A DNA stretch of 4,450 nucleotides from a virus. Its lineage: Duplodnaviria > Heunggongvirae > Uroviricota > Caudoviricetes. The notes beneath the pieces are model-generated. The model ran no database searches, was not told the DNA's origin, and worked only from the letters and a program-made list of their open reading frames with translations. The position numbers were made by a program, and so were the translations under genes. The stretch lies in the IMG/VR virus record IMGVR_UViG_2713896789_000001; one strand, written 5' to 3'. Positions 1 through 4,450 of this stretch are shown here, in pieces. Position 1 is the stretch's first letter. Each line of letters begins with the position of its first letter.

Positions 1-293
1 ACAGCATACTCAAAGCCGGTCAGCATCGTTATCAGCGGGCATTTATCCAGCGATTAAATAATGGGCGCTGGCATGTTATGCAACGTCTTCCCCAGGCCAG
101 ATATGAGAAGGGCAATGACGACAAGGGCAGGAAAAAGCGTAATCGCCTTCCCATTCAGGTGGTGAAAATCCCGATGGCGGCCCCACTGAAACAGGCGTTT
201 GATGAAAACGTTGACCGTATCCGTCGTGAACGCCTGCCCAAAGAACTGGCATATGCGCTGAAACAACAACTGAGGATTGCGATAAAACGATGA
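1..293 (+). CDS. Z: Tail completion/assembly protein Z (lambda gpZ-like), 5' partial; the frame is open from position 3 and stops at TGA 291-293
   Basis: The frame is open from the window start with no stop before 291-293. The translation (…AFIQRLNNGRWHVMQR…[48 protein letters not shown]) matches what I recall of the lambda gpZ C-terminal region. Position immediately upstream of U, with an ATGA stop/start overlap, fits lambda synteny. The ORF track shows only the part from the internal Met at 78. Confidence 0.82.
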   Translation, partial: SILKAGQHRYQRAFIQRLNNGRWHVMQRLPQARYEKGNDDKGRKKRNRLPIQVVKIPMAAPLKQAFDENVDRIRRERLPKELAYALKQQLRIAIKR

Positions 294-685
294 AACATAC
301 TGATATCCGTGCTGCAGTGCTGGATGCACTCGAGCAGCATGAACACGGGGCGACGCTGTTTGATGGTCGCCCCGTTGTTTTTGACGAAGAGGATTTTCCT
401 GCGATCGCGGTTTATCTGACGGATGCAGAGTATACCGGTGAAGAGTTGGATGCAGATACCTGGCGGGCCACACTGCATATTGAGGTGTTTTTACCGGCAC
501 AGGTACCTGATTCGGAGCTCGATCAGTGGATGGAAAGCCGGATTTACCCGGCGATGGCGGAGATCCCTGCACTGGCAGGCATGATTACCACGATGGTTAC
601 GCAGGGCTATGAGTATCGTCGTGATGACGATATGGCGTTATGGAGCTCTGCGGATCTGACTTATTCCATTACATACGAGATGTGA
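290..685 (+). CDS. U: Tail tube terminator protein U (lambda gpU-like), 131 aa
   Basis: ORF 290..685 translates to [33 protein letters not shown]…[25 protein letters not shown]…YRRDDD…[14 protein letters not shown]. This has the same length as lambda gpU and is near-collinear with it as I recall it. The start overlaps the Z stop (ATGA). Confidence 0.9.
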   Translation: MKHTDIRAAVLDALEQHEHGATLFDGRPVVFDEEDFPAIAVYLTDAEYTGEELDADTWRATLHIEVFLPAQVPDSELDQWMESRIYPAMAEIPALAGMITTMVTQGYEYRRDDDMALWSSADLTYSITYEM

Positions 686-688
686 GGA
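684..688 (+). promoter_or_regulatory. Shine-Dalgarno-like GAGGA for V, overlapping the U stop codon
   Basis: GAGGA lies 4 nt upstream of ATG 693. The spacing is short, but the motif is purine-rich and directly follows the U stop at 683-685. Confidence 0.45.
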
Positions 689-692
689 CGAT

Positions 693-1439
693 ATGGCAAC
701 ACCAAATCCTCTTGAGCCGGTGAAAGGTTCCGGTACCACACTGTGGGTTTACAACGGCAAGGCTGATGCTTATGCAAACCCGTTGTCAGACGATGACTGG
801 CAGCGACTGGCGAAGGTGAAGGATCTGACCCCCGGCGAGATGACGGCGGAATCCTACGATGATAACTATCTGGATGATGAGGATGCTGACTGGGTATCCA
901 CCGGGCAGGGGCAGAAATCTGCCGGTGATACCAGTTTTACGCTGGCCTGGAAGCCGGGAGAGGAAGGCCAGAAAGGGCTTATAGGCTGGTTTGAAAGCGG
1001 CGATGTCCGGGCCTATAAAATCCGTTTTCCGAATGGCACGGTGGATGTGTTTCGTGGCTGGGTCAGCAGTATCGGTAAGGCCGTGACGGCGAAAGAAGTG
1101 ATCACCCGCACGGTGAAAGTCACTAACGTGGGTAAACCTTCTGTAGCGGAAGAACGCAGCAAAATTACGCCGGTCACTGCGATTAAGGTAACGCCGACAG
1201 GTACGGTTGAAAAAGGGAAAACAACCACCCTGACCGTTACTGTGGAACCGGAAAATGCAACGGATAAGACATTCAGGGCGATTTCCACCGATCCATCAAA
1301 AGCCACCATTAGCGTGAAAGATATGACGATTACTGTGACGGGGGTTAAGGATGGAAAAGTCAGCATCCCTGTGATTTCCGGTAATGGTCAGTTTGCTGCG
1401 GTGGCTGAAATTACCGTTAATAATGTGCCGGGTGGCTAA
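693..1439 (+). CDS. V: Major tail tube protein V (lambda gpV-like), 248 aa, with a C-terminal Ig-like domain
   Basis: ORF 693..1439. The N-terminal two-thirds (…[11 protein letters not shown]…[31 protein letters not shown]…DDEDADW…[16 protein letters not shown]…[40 protein letters not shown]…) is near-identical in motif content to lambda gpV. The C-terminal part is Thr/Val-rich with alternating beta-strand-like pattern and ends …[16 protein letters not shown]…, typical of the gpV Ig-like (Big_2-type) domain. GAGGA lies at 684-688, 4 nt upstream of the ATG. Confidence 0.92.
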   Translation: MATPNPLEPVKGSGTTLWVYNGKADAYANPLSDDDWQRLAKVKDLTPGEMTAESYDDNYLDDEDADWVSTGQGQKSAGDTSFTLAWKPGEEGQKGLIGWFESGDVRAYKIRFPNGTVDVFRGWVSSIGKAVTAKEVITRTVKVTNVGKPSVAEERSKITPVTAIKVTPTGTVEKGKTTTLTVTVEPENATDKTFRAISTDPSKATISVKDMTITVTGVKDGKVSIPVISGNGQFAAVAEITVNNVPGG

Positions 1440-1457
1440 AGAGCTGAGAGATAAGCG

Positions 1458-1889
1458 ATGTTCCTGAAAACAGAACAATTTGAATATAACGGTGTATCCG
1501 TCATGCTTTCTGAGCTGTCTGCGCTGCAGCGTATTGAGCATCTTGCCCTCCTGAAACGGCGGGCAGAAGAGGCTGAAGCCAGCGGCAACCTGCAGGTGAG
1601 TGTGGAAGATCTTGTCAGAACCGGCGCGTTTCTGGTGGCGATGTCCCTGTGGCATAACCATCCACAGAAAACGCAGTCACCGTCAATGAATGAGGCCGTG
1701 ATGAAGATAGAGCAGGAAGTGCTCACCACCTGGCCTGCCGATGCCATTGCCCGGGCGGAAGACGTGGTGTTGTGCCTGTCCGGGATGATCGAAGCTGTTC
1801 GTCCGGATACTGATATTACTGAAGTGGCGAAAAATAACACGCTGACTGATGATGATTTTTCTGCGGGAAAGTCTTCGACGGCGAGCTGA
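1458..1889 (+). CDS. G: Tail assembly chaperone G (lambda gpG-like), 143 aa; the zero-frame product
   Basis: ORF 1458..1889 translates to MFLKTEQFEYNGVSVMLSELSALQRIEHLALLKRRAEEAE…RTGAFLVAMSLWHNHPQKTQSPSMNEAV…EQEVLTTWP…SAGKSSTAS, matching the lambda gpG motif string. The slippery heptamer sits 6 codons before the stop, as in lambda. Confidence 0.9.
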   Translation: MFLKTEQFEYNGVSVMLSELSALQRIEHLALLKRRAEEAEASGNLQVSVEDLVRTGAFLVAMSLWHNHPQKTQSPSMNEAVMKIEQEVLTTWPADAIARAEDVVLCLSGMIEAVRPDTDITEVAKNNTLTDDDFSAGKSSTAS

Positions 1890-2329
1890 ACTTTGCCCTC
1901 AGACTGGCGCGTGAGATGGGGAGACCCGACTGGCGCGCCATGCTTGCCGGGATGACATCCACCGAATATGCCGACTGGCACCGTTTTTACCGCACGCATT
2001 ATTTTCAGGATACCCAGCTGGATATGCATTTTTCCGGGCTGACGTACGCTGTACTCAGCCTGTTTTTTTGCGATCCGGATATGCATCCCTCTGATTTCAG
2101 TCTGCTTGTCCCCCGGCATGAGGAAGAGCAGGTGGAGAGGCCGGATGAGGACAAAATGCTGATGCAGAAAGCGGCAGGACTTGCCGGAGGCGTCCGGTTC
2201 GGTGGGGACGGAGGGCGCGATATTTTATCGTCTGCGGATGTGGCGGATGTCATGGTGGATGATGCCGCATTAATGATGGCTTCAGCGGGGATTCCGGGAG
2301 GTGTGAGATATGTCCCAGCCGGTTGGTGA
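1458..2329 (+). CDS. Tail assembly chaperone G-T fusion, made by a programmed -1 ribosomal frameshift (approximately join 1458..1870 with 1868..2329 after slippage on 1865-1871); about 290 aa
   Basis: The heptamer G GGA AAG at 1865-1871 is in the correct zero-frame phasing (G|GGA|AAG). The -1 frame downstream is open to TGA 2327-2329 and encodes …VFDGELNFALRLAREMGRPDWRAMLAGMTSTEYADWHRFYRTHYF…DMHFSGLTY…LSLFF.DPDMHP.DFSLL…MQKAAGLAGGVRFG…, matching lambda gpT as I recall it. The T frame has no credible independent start or RBS. Confidence 0.85.
1865..1871 (+). promoter_or_regulatory. -1 programmed ribosomal frameshift slippery heptamer GGGAAAG (G/GT recoding site)
   Basis: This is an exact X XXY YYZ heptamer, identical to the lambda G-T slip site and in the correct phase with the G reading frame. 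The downstream -1 frame is the T-homologous frame. Confidence 0.85.
2296..2303 (+). promoter_or_regulatory. Ribosome-binding site (GGGAGGTG) for tape measure gene H, embedded in the 3' end of the T frame
   Basis: The GGAGG core at 2297-2301 lies 8 nt upstream of ATG 2310. Confidence 0.6.
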
Positions 2330-4450
2330 TCTTGTTATTGACCTTAGTCTGGATGCTGTCCGTTTCGATGAGCAGATGAGCCGGGTAAGGCGTCATTTTT
2401 CAGGACTGGAGACTGACGCCAGAAAAACCGCCAGTGCTGTTGAGCAGGGGCTGAGCCGCCAGGCGCTGGCTGCACAAAAAGCCGGGATGTCCGTCGGGCA
2501 GTATAAAGCCGCCATGCGTATGCTACCCATGCAGTTCACCGACGTTGCCACGCAGCTTGCCGGTGGTCAGAATCCCTGGCTCATCCTGCTGCAACAGGGC
2601 GGTCAGGTGAAAGACTCGTTCGGTGGTCTTATCCCGATGTTCCGGGGACTGGCGGGAGCCGTCTCGCTACCTGCCGTCGGGATCACATCTCTGGTCGCCG
2701 CGACAGGTGCGCTGGCGTATGCCTGGTACCAGGGGGATTCCACGCTTTCAGCGTTTAATAAAACCCTGGTTCTTTCCGGTAATCAGTCCGGACTGACTGT
2801 CGATCGCATGCTGGCGCTCTCCAGAGCCGGACAGGCAGCAGGGCTGACGTTTAACCAGGCGGGAGAGTCACTGGCAGCCCTGGTCAGTGCCGGTGTGCGT
2901 GGTGGTGAGCAGTTTGATGCCATTAACCAGAGTGTGGCGCGTTTTGCGTCTGCCTCCGGTGTGGAAGTGGACAAGGTTGCAGAGGCTTTCGGAAAGCTGA
3001 CCACCGACCCGACGTCGGGACTGATGGCGATGGCGCGCCAGTTCCGTAACGTGACGGCAGAGCAGATTGCGTATGTTGCACAACTGCAGCGTTCCGGTGA
3101 TGAGGCCGGGGCCTTACAGGCGGCGAACGAGGCCGCAACGAAAGGGTTTGATGACCAGACCCGCCGCCTGAAAGAGAACATGGGGATGCTGGAAACCTGG
3201 GCAGATAAAACAGGGAAGGCGTTCAAATCGATGTGGGATGCCATTCTGGATATTGGTCGTCCTGATACCGCGCAGGAGATGCTGATTAAGGCAGAGACTG
3301 CGTTTAAGAAAGCAGACGACATCTGGAATCTCCGCAAGGATGATTATTTTGTTAACGATGAAGCGCGGGCGCGTTACTGGGATGATCGTGAAAAGGCCCG
3401 CCTTGCGCTTGAAGCCGCCCGAAAGAAGGCTGAACAGCAGAGTCAACAGGACAAAAATGCGCAGCAGCAGAGCGATACCGAAGCGTCACGGCTGAAATAT
3501 ACCGAAGAGGCGCAGAAGGCTTACGAACGCCTGCAGACACCGCTGGAGAAATATACCGCCCGTCAGGCAGAACTGAACAAGGCTCTGAGAGACGGGAAAA
3601 TCCTGCAGGCGGATTACAACACGCTGATGGCGTCGGCGAAAAAGGATTATGAGTCAACGCAGAAAAAAACGAAGTCGTCAGGTGTCAGAGTGTCAGCCGG
3701 GGAGCGTCAGGAAGACCGGGCGCATGCAGCCCTGCTGGCGCTTGAAACTGAGCTCCGGACGCTGGAGAAGCACAGCGGTGCGAATGAGAAAATCAGCCAG
3801 CAGCGCCGTGATTTATGGAAAGCGGAAAGTCAGTATGCGGTCCTGAAAGAGGCCGCCACGAAACGACAGTTATCCGGGCAGGAAAAATCCCTGCTGGCCC
3901 ATGAGAAAGAGACGCTGGAGTACAAACGCCAACTGGCTGAGCTGGGCGACAAGGTTGAATACCAGAAACGCCTGAATGAGCTGGCACAGCAGGCGGCACG
4001 GTTTGAAGAGCAGCAGAGCGCGAAGCAGGCCGCCATCAGCGCAAAAGCCCGTGGTCTCACTGACCGTCAGGCGCAGCGGGAGTCTGAAGCGCAGCGTCTT
4101 CGTGACGTGTATGGCGATAATCCGCAGGCGCTGGCCCGGGTCACCGGGGCACTGAAACAGACATGGGCGGATGAAGACATGCTGCGCGGTGACTGGCTGG
4201 CCGGGCTGAAGTCCGGCTGGGGTGAGTGGACGGAAAGTGCGACGGACAGTTTTTCGCAGGTTAAAAGTGCTGCCACGCAGACCTTTGACGGTATTGCACA
4301 GAATATGGCGGCGATGCTGACCGGCAGCGAACAGAACTGGCGGGGATTCACCCGTTCGGTGCTGTCCATGATGACAGAAATCCTGCTTAAACAGGCCATG
4401 GTGGGCATTGTCGGGCGTATCGGCAGCGCCATTGGTGGTGCTTTCGGTGG
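2310..4450 (+). CDS. H: Tail tape measure protein H (lambda gpH-like), 3' partial; 713 codons are visible with no stop before the window end
   Basis: ATG 2310 is preceded by a strong SD. I translated the frame by hand: MSQPVGDLVIDLSLDAVRFDEQMSRVRRHFSGLETDARKTASAVEQGLSRQALAAQKAG.SVGQYKAAMRMLP.QFTDVATQLAGGQNPWLILLQQGGQVKDSFGG… and at the window end …SVLSMMTEILLKQAMVGIVGRIGSAIGGAFGG. These match lambda gpH motif for motif. The gene is missing from the ORF track because it is open-ended. It overlaps the end of the T frame by 20 nt. Confidence 0.92.
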   Translation, partial: MSQPVGDLVIDLSLDAVRFDEQMSRVRRHFSGLETDARKTASAVEQGLSRQALAAQKAGMSVGQYKAAMRMLPMQFTDVATQLAGGQNPWLILLQQGGQVKDSFGGLIPMFRGLAGAVSLPAVGITSLVAATGALAYAWYQGDSTLSAFNKTLVLSGNQSGLTVDRMLALSRAGQAAGLTFNQAGESLAALVSAGVRGGEQFDAINQSVARFASASGVEVDKVAEAFGKLTTDPTSGLMAMARQFRNVTAEQIAYVAQLQRSGDEAGALQAANEAATKGFDDQTRRLKENMGMLETWADKTGKAFKSMWDAILDIGRPDTAQEMLIKAETAFKKADDIWNLRKDDYFVNDEARARYWDDREKARLALEAARKKAEQQSQQDKNAQQQSDTEASRLKYTEEAQKAYERLQTPLEKYTARQAELNKALRDGKILQADYNTLMASAKKDYESTQKKTKSSGVRVSAGERQEDRAHAALLALETELRTLEKHSGANEKISQQRRDLWKAESQYAVLKEAATKRQLSGQEKSLLAHEKETLEYKRQLAELGDKVEYQKRLNELAQQAARFEEQQSAKQAAISAKARGLTDRQAQRESEAQRLRDVYGDNPQALARVTGALKQTWADEDMLRGDWLAGLKSGWGEWTESATDSFSQVKSAATQTFDGIAQNMAAMLTGSEQNWRGFTRSVLSMMTEILLKQAMVGIVGRIGSAIGGAFG

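Noticed and set aside
54-572. 172-aa minus-strand ORF (with nested 155..478 ORF) opposite Z and U
   Set aside because: It lies entirely antisense to two well-supported + strand genes. The translation is Pro/Arg/His/Gln-rich and low-complexity, with no recognisable motifs and no RBS context. This is typical of spurious antisense ORFs in GC-rich coding DNA.
1440-1457. V-G intergenic spacer checked for a promoter or terminator
   Set aside because: It is only 18 nt, with no hairpin plus U-tract and no -35/-10 arrangement. It probably contains only the weak purine-rich RBS for G. In lambdoid phages these genes are read through from a distant late promoter.
1013-1661. Minus-strand ORFs 1013..1366 and 1296..1661 opposite V and G
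   Set aside because: They are antisense to gpV and gpG homologues. The translations are compositionally odd (Val/Thr-rich mirror of the V Ig domain, then His/Arg/Phe-rich) and neither has a start context.
1436-2119. 227-aa minus-strand ORF (with 2005..2253) opposite the G/T genes
   Set aside because: It is the longest antisense ORF in the window, but it fully overlaps the conserved G and T frames and its product is Ser/Ala/Arg/Cys-rich with no domain-like features. I judge it to be a frame artefact.
1916-2329. T frame as an independent 137-aa gene starting at Met 1916
   Set aside because: The homology to gpT extends upstream of Met 1916 in the same frame, back to the slippery site at 1865-1871 (…VFDGELNFALRLAREMGRPDW…). 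There is no SD before 1916. In lambda, T is expressed only as the G-T frameshift fusion.
2783-3657. Minus-strand ORFs 2783..3337, 2868..3083, 2923..3138, 3114..3446 and 3352..3657 inside H
   Set aside because: All are antisense to the strongly supported tape measure frame. Multiple mutually overlapping ORFs in different minus frames are expected by chance in a long GC-rich gene that is poor in antisense stop codons.
3663-3669. A7 homopolymer run inside H (codons AAA AAA A), considered as a possible slippage or phase-variation site
   Set aside because: A single short A-tract encoding Lys-Lys in a Lys-rich region is expected by chance. No open alternative frame of note follows it, and the H frame continues uninterrupted.
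3649-3846. 65-aa + strand ORF in an alternate frame within H
   Set aside because: It is embedded out of frame in the H coding sequence. The translation is Arg/Ser-rich, and it has no RBS or homology signal.
3793-4432. Minus-strand ORFs 3793..3999, 3830..4060 and 4067..4432 opposite the distal part of H
   Set aside because: Same reasoning as the other antisense ORFs: they overlap the H frame and have Cys/Ser/Ala/Arg-rich low-complexity translations.
1-4450. Search for CRISPR repeats, tRNA/rRNA genes, IS element ends or integrase/att sites
   Set aside because: I found no direct or inverted repeat arrays, no tRNA-like cloverleaf candidates and no non-coding stretch long enough to hold such elements. 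The window is essentially 100% protein-coding on the + strand.

Overview
The window is a contiguous, tightly packed stretch of a lambda-like (lambdoid siphovirus or prophage) tail-assembly module, all on the + strand in the canonical order Z (5' partial) - U - V - G - G-T (programmed -1 frameshift) - H (3' partial). Identifications rest on my own translation of the frames and on recognising long motif strings shared with the phage lambda proteins gpZ, gpU, gpV, gpG, gpT and gpH; no database search was run and no percent identity was computed. The tape-measure gene H (2310 to the window end) is missing from the supplied ORF track only because it has no stop inside the window. The + strand genes tile almost the whole window (intergenic gaps of 7 and 18 nt), so there is no room for an inserted cargo gene, and all minus-strand ORFs look like antisense artefacts. 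I find no evidence of an undescribed system here; the features worth a second look are the G-T slippery site, the Ig-like C-terminal domain of V, gene overlaps and the sequence composition of the tape measure. No rRNA, tRNA, CRISPR, mobile-element ends, promoters or intrinsic terminators were identifiable.
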